Source: Azolla caroliniana (Eukaryota > Plantae > Polypodiophyta). Taken from it: 64,000 nt of DNA. Positions within the stretch are counted from its first letter, which is position 1. Each line of letters starts with the position of its first letter. The translations under genes were made by a program, and so were the position numbers. Shown here in pieces: positions 23,781-34,760 of this stretch. The notes under the pieces are model-generated. The model worked only from the letters and a program-made list of their open reading frames with translations. It was not told the DNA's origin and ran no database searches. The stretch lies in contig JBHGNT010000016.1 of the NCBI GenBank assembly GCA_043228905.1, forward strand, positions 14,198,001 to 14,262,000, in the 5' to 3' direction.

Positions 23781-26700
23781 TGGGACACCGATTCTATCCT
23801 GATCCTCATGAAATGAGTAATTTTGATCGGCATCATTAAAAACTCCCGAAAAAATCCGGACGTGACCCATATCATGTACAACATTAATAGAGTTGTCTAT
23901 AGAATCACGTAGATGCCATACAAATCTACTCCAATGAGTTTATCCTTCTATATTTGGATGGATGGCTTTTTGAATATGTTCTTTCAGAGGAAATACCTTG
24001 GTTCGGATTTCTACAATTATTTGATGTTATTCGATGTACTGACTGTTCATAATCGTAAGTAGACATTGTCCGGGAATGGTGCAACTTTGTAGATTACTAT
24101 GACTCTTAATGAGGATGAGTAGTTCACTTTGACATATCCGAGCACGATGCCCATGTTGCATACCGTTAGAGTTGTCTCCTAATGTAAGCATATGATAAGG
24201 ATAATAAAGATAAATAGATATAACAAGAGAGATAGAAAGAAGGGCGTTGATCCACCCGACCAACCCGAGCGAAGGGATTGAGACGGACTCGAGCCTCGAT
24301 CGGCGTCCCATACCACCGTCATGGCATGAAGTCCTACATGGTGCTAGTGCAGTCGCTACAAGATTTGAGTCACTACAATGATGGAGTCTCGACGTAGTTG
24401 ATAATGTCAAATGAGGGTAGCTAGGCCTTATATATTTATAGCCACACTTGGTCTAATGGGTTGTCCCAATCCCAAGGATTAAAAGTAATCCTTCCGTTCT
24501 TTACACTCTCGTTTAACTGTCACAATTTACTCGTGTGTATACAATACTACCGTACATTCTCCCCATGGGATATTATATGGTCATGCCCATAACATACTCC
24601 CCCCTTTAAAACAGTGCACTCTTGCAATTGAAAGTTAGGGAAGCTAGTTCAAAGAGTATTTTCGCGTTCCCATGTGGCATCTTTGATAGGTTTATCCATC
24701 CATTTTATTTAAAATTCTCATATTATTTTAGAACGCAAATTTTTCATTTTAACATCGAGAATTCTTTCTTGAATATATGGTTTACAAATTGATTCTTAAG
24801 GAGTAACCAAAGTTTGAGTTGTCAATGTATTGTTGCCAAAACCAAGAAGTTATTTTAGACAACTTACATGGAAAATTGGATGGATTTCAATGCCATCAAC
24901 AAGAGTGAGACAATAGGCTGACAAACCAATGCGTTTGAGAACTATAAAAGGTCCACAAAATTGTGGGTCTAACTTGGCGCAATTACCTATAGACAATGTC
25001 TTAGAGTTGTAAGGTACACGTAAAAATTGTTACCGATTAGGAACACGGTCTATGGTCAGTCCTTCAACCTAGACCTCAAAGTGACTGTGTGACAACGAAT
25101 GGTAACGTCTATGTGTAATACTTAGTGGGATACCTCCCGTAACCTAGCAGTGTATAAGGGAGACAGCTACAACCGACCTCCTTATACAGTGGGCTAGCGC
25201 ACACACTATGACTCACGCATGCGCTCTTACAATTGTGCTACGCCACCAAGGATTACAGACACACAGTAGATTAACCACAGATACGCACAGATATAAGAGA
25301 AGATAGAACTCTATTAAGGTACGCCTTTTACATTCAAAATTACACGCTACCTCTATCAGAGGTTTTTTGCCCTTTATATACGTAGGGTCTTTTAGCCGTT
25401 CACGCTTCCCGCGTGAATGGTTTACATGCGTTACAATATTACTCTATTCCATCGGTTACTATTCCGACAGACAACACCTGGCATGCCTGTGGGACAATGC
25501 CATGGCACGTCGGATCCACCCCTTTAATCTTCCTCCAAAATGGCCCTGATGTTTGGTTCTGCTACAATGTCCGTGTCCGGGGATGGCGCCCGTAGGCGTG
25601 TCATTGTGTGGTTCCCTTGCTTGGTCGGGAGGGCCTCCCATGGTGTCGCGGTTGTCCTGTGTGGGCGGTCCGAGTTCTGTTGGCTCTTCTTGGGCTATGG
25701 GGGTTGGTTCAGCCTTCCACGGGCTTGCGGTAGATCACGGCTCTGTTTCTTCCATCACTTCCTCCGTGATGTCGGCCGTCATTGTACGCTCTGGGAGTGG
25801 GGTTGCAGTTCCTCTTGGTCCGGAATGTCCTCCGTGATGGCAGCCGTAAGCGTATGCTCCGGTGGGCGGGGTTCCTCTTGGTTGGTGGTTTCGTTGTCTG
25901 ATATTGCGTGGGACTCCGCTCGCCGTTCCTTGCTGTTCACCGTAGTGGTAATTTCTGGTGACATGGCCTGAGGTTCCTCTTGTTCGGTAGTATCCGAAAT
26001 TGGTGTCGTGATGGATTCCTCATTTGTTCGTGTGCTGCTGGCTTGCGTGATCTGGTGAAACATGTCCTCCTGAATTTCGCCAAAACCATCTAGTAGCTAT
26101 GCAAGTTCCTCAGAATTTTGGTCCGCTAGCATGCGATAGTCCTACGCTAGGTCCTCGCGTACTGCTGCAATGCTTTCCTCATTGAGTTTGTAGAACCCTC
26201 GGTCGTCTTTCCTTCGGTTCTCCCAGTTCGCTCGATACGTATGCAATTCCGCCGCTTGTGCAGCCCACGCCATCCATCCTTTCTCTAGCGCCTATTTTAA
26301 TTGCGCCATAAACCTCTCCCGATTCGTTTGCAGAAGGATGTACACGTTGTTTGTTATGGCTTGGCAACGGTTGCGTGCTTCTTCTACAGATTTCTTGAGT
26401 TTTGCAATTTCTTGGTGATTAACCGCCGCCGCTTCCTGATACGTGCTCCTCATTCCTGCCCAAAGCTGGGATTCCTTCCAAAACACGTTCGCGTTCACAA
26501 GTGGAAGGATCGCGCATAAATGGAAGGAGAAGGGAAATTTTAGGGGTTTTTCAATGATTTTACAAAACACATTGATACCAGTATCATACAAGTTCAAACA
26601 TACTATGAAAAAGGTTAAAAATCCACTATTTTCGTGATTTAGAAGTAACTAAAAAAAGACGAATTTCAAAAACATACATTCTCAATTTATATCACAAACT

Positions 26701-26839
26701 TTACAACCAATGTTATTTTATAAGAAACGATTTTTGGGAAATCATAAGAATTCAAAACACATGATTTTATATTACTCGATTTGTTACAAGCGGAATGTAG
26801 TTACACTTAATAGCCAAATATACATTCATGATCACTCCT

Positions 26840-29620
26840 TTACGGAGAATCACTACTATAACTAATATACAATGACGATTCCTCCTCATCATCCTCGGAT
26901 GTACCAATCAGTGCATTATCTTCGTCATAAACCAAATGGTTTGACTCTAGATTATATGTAGCAGATCTCGTTTGCCTTCGACTCGAGCCACCTTGTAGAC
27001 CTGGTAATTTTTCTTTTATTATATCTATTGTTGACTTCCTTAATCGTCCGGCTTTTGTAAGTGTGAAGTCGTACACGATGATATCCACATCAGAGATATC
27101 AAGGGTCGAGGTGTTACGAATGTTTCGCTTCCTCTTCCTACCTCCCCTTCTTGTTTGGCATTCAATCATCTCCAATGTATACTTACCTGTAAAAGCATTT
27201 GCACTTCTAGTGTTGTACTAATGAACATTTATAGACTTGATCGTGTTATCTATTTCATGCATTAGCACTTCTAGAATTTTACCAACCCAAAATTGGTGGC
27301 CATGTGAGTTCTCATCAGCCGGCGTTGCAATCAACATCCCCGCGGTGAGCTCTTGCAAATTTCCTTGCCATCTAGCTTCGGCTGCTTTGGTCATCCTTGG
27401 TCCCACATAAATGTCTCTTTGTTGTGGATGGACCAAGCTGTCATTAATCGCATTTACTAGTCGCTTCGGACTTCTATTTACGCGATCATGTTGCAGCGAC
27501 CATGTGAATGGCGTTTCCAAATTCCAATTATCAACAGATACACAATTGTCTATAATTTCTTTCTGATCACTATAAAATACATCCCACCATGACGTGTCTT
27601 GTTGTGCGGCATATTTCTTGGCGGCCTCAATATGTTTTCTTTTTTCTTCTAAGGCTTGGAGCCATGACCGTTTTTGTTCTAATACCAAGTCGCTCTGCAA
27701 CTGTCCTTTCTTCTCAATTGGCATTTGCTTAGCTCCATGGACAATTGTACTCGGCATACAAAGTAATAACTGGCAACCACCTTCAGGTTCCCATGTTGTA
27801 GAAGATGAATATTGTTTAGCATACAAAAGTGTAGAACCACTTATTCCATTTTTCTTTATCAAAAAAATGTGATTGAAACTTATATTGTTTAACTGAGCAA
27901 GCACTTTAACATTCCCACCACCCCCATCTAATATATATCTCTTAAAGTCATATACCTCCTTCAAGTGTAACACTTTTGGGCGTGGTGTATATGCATCACA
28001 AATGACATCAAATAGTTTAGGTAAAGTGAAAGCATCATGCCGAGACAACTGTCTGGAGAATGTGCTAAACATCTGATCTATATGGTCATGTGTGTGGCCA
28101 ACCAAAAGGAAATTGACTTTCACTTTCCTAAACAATTCTAGGTTGACCAACATACTTAGATAGCCAAATACAGTTGAATTTTTGTTCTCTCTAGCAGTAT
28201 TGTCCAATTGAATGTATAGAACAGGGGGGAAAGGTTGTCCCCAAGACATCAAAACTCGGTGAATCACTGTAACTGTTAGGTTAGGGTCATTGTGAACATT
28301 GGGGTAAGTAATGAAGACGTGAGGTCGAACAGACCTATTATAAGCCAAGCATCCCACCAAGTGCATTTGAACAAGGCACTCATCATTGACATCTTTGGGG
28401 AGCCTCCGCATATGCGGCAAGCATGTCTTCTTCTGGTCCATGCCATCTATCATTAAGCACATGTATTGTTCAGGCCTCTTCAAACACTTCTCTCTATGAT
28501 GCATCGCCTTCCTTCGTTCTAAGGATTGTGCCTCACGATGCTCTTGTAGTAACTTCTTACTCGTATCCTTTTCCATTGATGTCTTTGCACCTTTAGCCAA
28601 ACTTTTAAGATTTGCACAAATGGAGCAATAACCCATACGTACTTTACGAGGAATAATAACATTTGAAAACCGAGCTCTCCATAATCTTGTGAATTGGCTA
28701 TAGGTGATAGACTTATTACGTGAGCCCAGCATTTCAGATCGATAGACATCATAAACTTCCCGACGGGTATAATTATCAGAAAGATGCATCCTACCTGTAG
28801 TGGGCATTACTTCACAATTTAACTGAAAGTAAGTTTTCATCCAGCCAATAGCTAGTCTTCCAATTGCACCTTTCATACTTGGAACCTCTTTACAATTGAG
28901 CATCTGATCCCCGCTAAGTAGACGTTGTTGTACTCTATGTAGCCGCATGTTACTAACACGTAACACAATTTTGAATGCAACTCTACATATCTGTTGCGCA
29001 TGGAAGATATAATACTCGAATGATACTTTGATCCCCGTACATTTGTCAGATACTAGTTGCATATGTGATCCGAGGTAAGTGTCTTGCTCATCACCGGTCA
29101 TCGAAAAATAGTATCGCCTTAATTCTCGCAACTTTGATTTTCCAATCATAGACATACAACCACGGGCACAACATATTTTGTTGACATCAAATCCAATCTG
29201 TTTATCTGATGTCACCAAGCTAAATCTAGCCAGACGAATTCTTCGTGGGATTCTTCTAATATGCATAGGGCTCCCAGATTTCTCTTCCTGCATAGAGGTT
29301 GGTGTAACCTTGTTACAGTCTAATTCTCTGTTCTGACCATCGCCAATGTTATTCAATGTTTCCTGGGCACTTCCTTCATTCCCGGTATCTTTATTAATAT
29401 CGTATTCTTCAATAGAGAACTCTTCACATGTGTCATTATTTGCATTCCCTGTAGATGAGCTCAGACAATATTCTTCGATAGAATATGGTGAGTCGGTCGA
29501 AAGACAATATTCTTCAATCGAATATGGTGACTCTGTTGATAAACAATACTCTTCAGTAGAAAACGATGGGTCTGATGACAAACAATATTCTTCAATCGAG
29601 AACGGTGAATCTTCACTCAT
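26840..29620 (-). CDS. Sola1-like (DUF7869-type) DDD transposase, about 926 codons, with one in-frame TAG at 27218-27220
   Basis: Motifs IDGMDQKKT, YIQLDNTARENKN and FLLVGHTHDHIDQMFS, plus Cys clusters. ORFs 27218-29620 and 26840-27175 are in the same frame across NVH*YNTRS. The family name comes from motif recall, not a search. Confidence 0.8.
29455..29611 (-). repeat. 39-bp coding tandem repeat, 4 copies (SP[FY]SIEEYCLS[ST][DE])
   Basis: Visible at the N-terminus of the 800-aa ORF. Confidence 0.9.
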
Positions 29621-30293
29621 GGCTTAAGGTCTAGATAGGGCTCTCTAAGTTATACTCCTCTCTAACCATATACTCCTCCCTAAACATAAACTTCTCTCTA
29701 AACAAAAGCCAAATCAATAGAATGTCTATATTATGTAATATTCTATTAAAATACAATACATCTAAAAATTATTTTTAATAAAGTAATTTAACTTAAATTA
29801 TCAATCATTATATAAACTAGATCTAAATGATGTTAAATCAGGTAAAATATAAAACTAATCATTAACAAGCCTTGAATATGTTGGATTAATGTTAAAATCA
29901 TTGGCTAATTAATGACACCCATTTTGATATAGAACGTCTCACTCATTGATTCTTTAAGGCTCACCATTTTAAATATTAGACTTATCAATCATTGGTTAAT
30001 TCATGCCCACATCTTTAATACATAACTATTGAGAGTCATAAAAATTTTTGCTTTTAGTAATCAATCATTGGTACATTCATGAACCTCTATCATTGTCTCC
30101 TTCATAACCTTTGAAGTGATTGTAGGTTGTTATGAGTATAAAAGATTGATCAATATATTAGTTTGACTTTGTAATCATTAATACAATCATAAGTTACTAT
30201 AGTTAATGTGACTATGGTTACAAACTAACTATCCTCAAAGTTACCAACATTGGTTAAGATGACTATGGTTACTTTAACCATGGGTTCAATCCC

Positions 30294-30301
30294 TATAAAT
30301 A
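30294..30301 (+). promoter_or_regulatory. Candidate TATA box of the ParB-methyltransferase gene
   Basis: TATAAATA lies 150 bp upstream of ACCATG at 30444. Confidence 0.5.
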
Positions 30302-30327
30302 GGAAGACCTCATCATATTTCACTCAC

Positions 30328-30390
30328 CAGAGCGTACAGAGCGTACAGAGCACTCAGAGCACACAGAGCACACAGAGCACACAGAGCACT
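30328..30390 (+). repeat. 9-bp tandem repeat CAGAGC(G/A)(T/C)(A/T), 7 copies, in the predicted 5' UTR
   Basis: Seen directly. Confidence 0.9.
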
Positions 30391-30443
30391 CAAGGCACAA
30401 AGCACGAAAGCGCGATCTCCGCCTCCACACAACACGATCAACC

Positions 30444-33400
30444 ATGTCTTCCAAGAGAGTCGAGCGCGAGGAGTCCAGGTAGGCCTCTGACACTGTGGAC
30501 ATTTTTGTAAATATGTTTCGTTTCCCAAGAACTCGATACGGCGTATCGAGTTCATGTATACAATACAAATATTTATACACGAACTCGATACGGCGTATCG
30601 AGTTCGTGTGTAAATATTTGTATTGTATACATGAACTCGATACGCCGTATCGAGTTCGTGTTTAAAGTATAGCTTTTAAACATGAACTCGATACGGCGTA
30701 TCGAGTTCGTGTTCATAGTGTAGGTTTTAAACACGAACTCGATACGCCGTATCGAGTTCGTGTTTAAAGTGTAGGTTTTAAACACGAACTCGATACGGCG
30801 TATCGAGTTCATGTTTAAAACATACCTTTTAAACACGAACTCGATACGGCGTATCGAGTTCGTGTTTAAAGTATAGGTTTTAAACACGAACTCGATACGC
30901 CGTAACGAGTTCGTGTTTAAAGTATAGGTTTTAAACACGAACCCGATACGCCGTATCGAGTTCGTGTTTAAAGTTTGAATTTTAAACACGAACTCGATAC
31001 GGCGTATCGAGTTCGTGTTTAAACCTATACTTTAAACATGAACTCGATACGGCGTATCGAGTTCGTGTTTAAACCTATACTTTAAACACGAACTCGATAC
31101 GCCGTATCGAGTTCGTGTTTAAAGTGTAGCCTTTGAGAAAGAAAAATCGTTTACGGGGTGGAAATGTTATCAAATTGACTGTCAAAATCAGTCTTTTTAT
31201 GTTGAGTTTACTTACTTCTAAACAAATACAAGCTCTAATTATAGGTGTTTTTTGACCTACTTTAGCTTAAAATAGTAGAAAATGATCTACAAATTGCATT
31301 CACTATGGCAAATTCTCATCAATATAGGTTTAGAATCTATATAAGTCATATCTACTATTTAAAAGAATATATAACCCGTTTTACTTATTACGATATATAT
31401 TTTCTAGGTTGAATAGCCCTGCCTAGAATAGATTTTTGAATATGTTACTGCTCCTAGAAACTGTTCTTCATTATAATAACAACTTCAATCTACGTAACTG
31501 TCTAACTTATGTTTTTGCATATACTTTCTTAAATAGGTCGTTTGAGAATCTGTCAGACCGACCCGTGAAGAAAATTAAGCTTCGCATACAAGGTTCTCCA
31601 ATCGAGGCCCAGACCAAGGTAACTCCGGAGACCATAAAGAGAGGAAAAAAGCTTCTATTTAACGAAGAGACAAAATCTCAGCCCCATAGTGATGTAAGCC
31701 AAAAGAAAATTGTCGCCGCTACTGGAGGCGAAGACCTTCCTGACCGAGATCTAACGGACAAGGAATGGTGTATGCAATATGTCGACTCAAAGAAAAAAGT
31801 CGTATTGTATACAGCAAAGAAGAAGGGTGAGGGGCAGCTAGGAAAAGAAACTCCATTTATGTATGGCCGAATTCTACGATTTGACTACGAAGATGCAGAT
31901 TCGGCCAACATACTGGTAATGATAGAGTGCTCCAAGGGGGTACGCAAAGTGTTCCTTTCAGAAGACCTTTTAGTAAAGGAATCTTGTGGGCCTGAAGTGT
32001 TCAAAAAAGCACTTGATAACTCACAAAACCTGATTGTTACCTTGAGGCCTTATATACAAGGCCATGTAACTCTACGAGATGAAGAGCCCTCCCACTTGAA
32101 GGCCACTAAAAAGGTATCCAAAGTCCAGTCAAGACCAGCCAAGAAGAAGACAACGAAAATGTCGGATACGGATTCGACAAGTGACAATGAAGAAGAGGAT
32201 AATAAGGGGACGCCAGGAGCCGAGCTGGCCTCGGGTGTTTTGTCATCTGAGCAGAATAAAATAAGAAGAGAGTTAATGCAACGGAAGCTGGTCAGGAAAG
32301 GGCAAGTATTTAATTTGCCTATAACACACATCCATCGCCCCCCTATTGATGAAAAAACAGGTCGAAGACCACTTGAGATTAGAGAGCCTCATCGCATGCA
32401 TGTTCAAAATCTCAAGAAAAAAATGAAAATTAATCCTCATGCCACAGTGGTGCCTTTTATTGTTATGGTGGATCCTGAAGAATGTGAAACCATTGAAGAT
32501 TTTGATATCAGAAAGCATGATCAATATAATTATTTTGTCATTGGTGGATCGCATTCAGCAGAGGCACGTCGACAACTTGTCAGAGAACATCCAACCACTT
32601 TCTTCTTCAAGTATGCCGAGTGCAAAATATATGTTGGGCTCACAACCGAAGAGGCTAAGCTGTTGGCATGGGACCATAATAATGATAATGACTATAGGCA
32701 GAAAATGTCGTCTATTGAGCGTATCCGGTTCTTCCACCACGAGTATTTAGATGTGAAACAAAAGTTTGGTGTGAAGTTACATCCAGGCCTTCGACGTCAA
32801 TGTCTGCATGAAGTCGGCATTGTGGTAGATGATAATGTTAGGTCCGATGGTCTTCGAAAGTATGAATCTTGGTTTCAATTGGCGTTTAGAGATGGAGAAG
32901 TATGGGACCTCCAAGATCAAATCTTCTCAATGTGGGAGAATAAGGAGGTAAAGGGTCAACGACAAAAGAAATGTAGGGTTGACCCTCAACTAGAATTAAA
33001 GTCACAAGCCGTCAAGAGAATTGACTTGACAATTGAAGAAGCGGCAGACGACATGAAGCTGTCTCTATGGAGAGCGATGCAAGGTATTAAGGACGAGCAG
33101 CTTCTTGTGTCTGTTTTGTCAAGGGTTGTGGCGAAAGATTTAAGCCTTGAAGAAATGGTCACCGAGTTCAATAAGTAAGTCTTTCAAATACTGAAATTGT
33201 AGTCTATCTGGTGTAATTCAAAGTTCTAATCTTGATTTCTAATTTTACAGTCATAAGGTGTACATGAAGATCCAAGAAGTAATGATGAAACAACTTGGAT
33301 GTATAACTTGGGAACAAGTGACCGAGGATTATCCTCTAACGTCTTCGTATAAGGCGTTATCAGAGTATTTTATTGCATTCAAGGATTGGGTTAGTATTGA

Positions 33401-34760
33401 TATTTTTTCATTACCCTTTCATCATATGTAGAGGTTGCGTAATAATACCTGATGTCCTATTGCTTCTATTAGAAACCGTGTCGAGGCAAGAAACAAGGAG
33501 AAGTTAAGGATATACACGATTTCCCTACATCCTTCCTTGCACATCTCGAGCGAGCCAGAAAAGAAAAGGATCGTCGCTTAGTCAAGGCGTACGAAATGGA
33601 GGAAGATGGCTCGTTTAAAAAATTTAGCCACAAGAAAGATATTACGAGAGATCTTTACTACAATGTGGTTTGCGGTGATGTCATCGACTTGATCCAGAAG
33701 GTGCCAAAGAAGGAATATACGCTAATGATTGCGGATATTCCTTACGGATTTCGAATGGCTGGGTCATCATACGACGATGAACCGTTTAGGTTTAAACAAT
33801 TGGAGAAGATGGTCAAGGAATTCGCTGAGCTAACGACCGCATCCTTGTGGCGAATAGTTGTCTTTCATAGTATGGACCAAGGGTACTCGGTAGCTCAAGC
33901 TTTGAGATCTCGTTGCCATGGCATCGAGAACCTTGCATGGTAAGGATTATTTATAGGTGTCTTTCATTATATTGCAATTCTTAAGGTTGTTGAATCTATT
34001 TTTAACTCGATGAATTATTTTTTATAGGATCAAGACCAATGTAAATAGAGGGCCAACTTTTCGGTTCGTTAATGCCATTGAATACATAACGGTTGGCTAC
34101 TTCGATGAAATTAAAAAACAGAGAATCAAAGAGCATTCTAATGAAGTGGGAGGTTCAAATCTGTTGGTATATCCAGCAGTGACTCGGAAATTGCGACATG
34201 TCACCACGACAGAACGGGGACTTGTCAACCCATACCAAAAACCTCAACGACTTATGATGCGCTTGATCGAGATGTTTTCTGTCGAAGGAGACTGGATATT
34301 AGATCTCTTTTCTGGCACAGGTATTCCTCGAACTAGGGTAACGATCTTGAGATAACCAATCACTTTTTTCGTTTGACAACTAAATCTTCTTGTTACTTAC
34401 ATCATAGGAACTACGTCAGCATGTGCATTGAAGCTGTTTAGGAATACAGTTGCATTGGAGAAGGACGAGGACCAAGTTATATTTATTAATATGCGGATTA
34501 AGGCTTTGTGGGAGTGCCCAGACCAGGATGAGGAGGTCGGTGCAAAGAACCTCGCCAATACAGAAAGGTTTCAACCCGCTTCGCGAGAGCCTATTCCTCC
34601 GTTAGCCGGCGAACCGGGAGAGCTAATAGAGCTTGATGATGAGCTTATAGAAGATATTTCGTTGGCCCGGCTAACAGGGGAAACCAATGCACGTATAGCC
34701 GAAGACAGTTCTACACAAGATGATGAAGAAAATGACGTAGATGAATTGATTGCTATGTAA
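30444..34760 (+). CDS. Spliced ParB/Srx-like plus beta-class DNA amino-methyltransferase (N6-mA or N4-mC), about 974 aa. Exons 30444-30478, 31537-33174, 33251-33389, 33473-33939, 34028-34320, 34408-34760
   Basis: All five GT-AG introns are phase-compatible and give 2925 nt with no internal stop. ParB-like PFIVMV...YFVIGGSHSAEARRQL...LTTEEAKLLAWDHN. MTase order is CGDVID, IADIPYG (motif IV), WIKTN...EYI, PYQKPQRLM..LIEMFS.EGDWILDLFSGTGTT (motifs X and I), ALEKD. Exon 1 is the least certain. Confidence 0.88.
30529..31123. repeat. Array of 12 tandem palindromes, period 50-52 bp
   Basis: Core GAACTCGATACG[G/C]CGTATCGAGTTC starts at 30529, 30581, 30633, 30684, 30735, 30786, 30837, 30888, 30939, 30990, 31040 and 31090. 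Most units extend to about 43 bp with TTTAAACAC...GTGTTTAAA flanks. Confidence 0.97.

Noticed and set aside
26476-26481. 6-bp TSD TTCCAA for the DNA transposon
   Set aside because: It is formally possible but would make the TIR ends asymmetric. A 4-bp CCAA with symmetric AACACG...CGTGTT ends is more parsimonious.
30573-30989. 138-aa repetitive ORF (LNTNSIRRIEF)n
   Set aside because: It is a by-product of the 51-bp palindromic period and has no independent coding evidence.
30529-31123. CRISPR array
   Set aside because: Linkers are mostly 7-9 bp and near-identical or inverted copies of each other, not unique spacers. There are no cas genes and the context is a eukaryotic intron.
31436-31536. 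N-terminus of the 580-aa ORF as listed in the track
   Set aside because: It starts at TTG and looks like an intron 3' end (CTAAC branch site, pyrimidine tract, TAG). The spliced exon 1 at 30444 fits better.
30444-34760. Bacterial contamination or a restriction-modification operon
   Set aside because: The gene has spliceosomal introns, sits inside TIRs nested in a plant retrotransposon, and has no recognisable restriction endonuclease partner.
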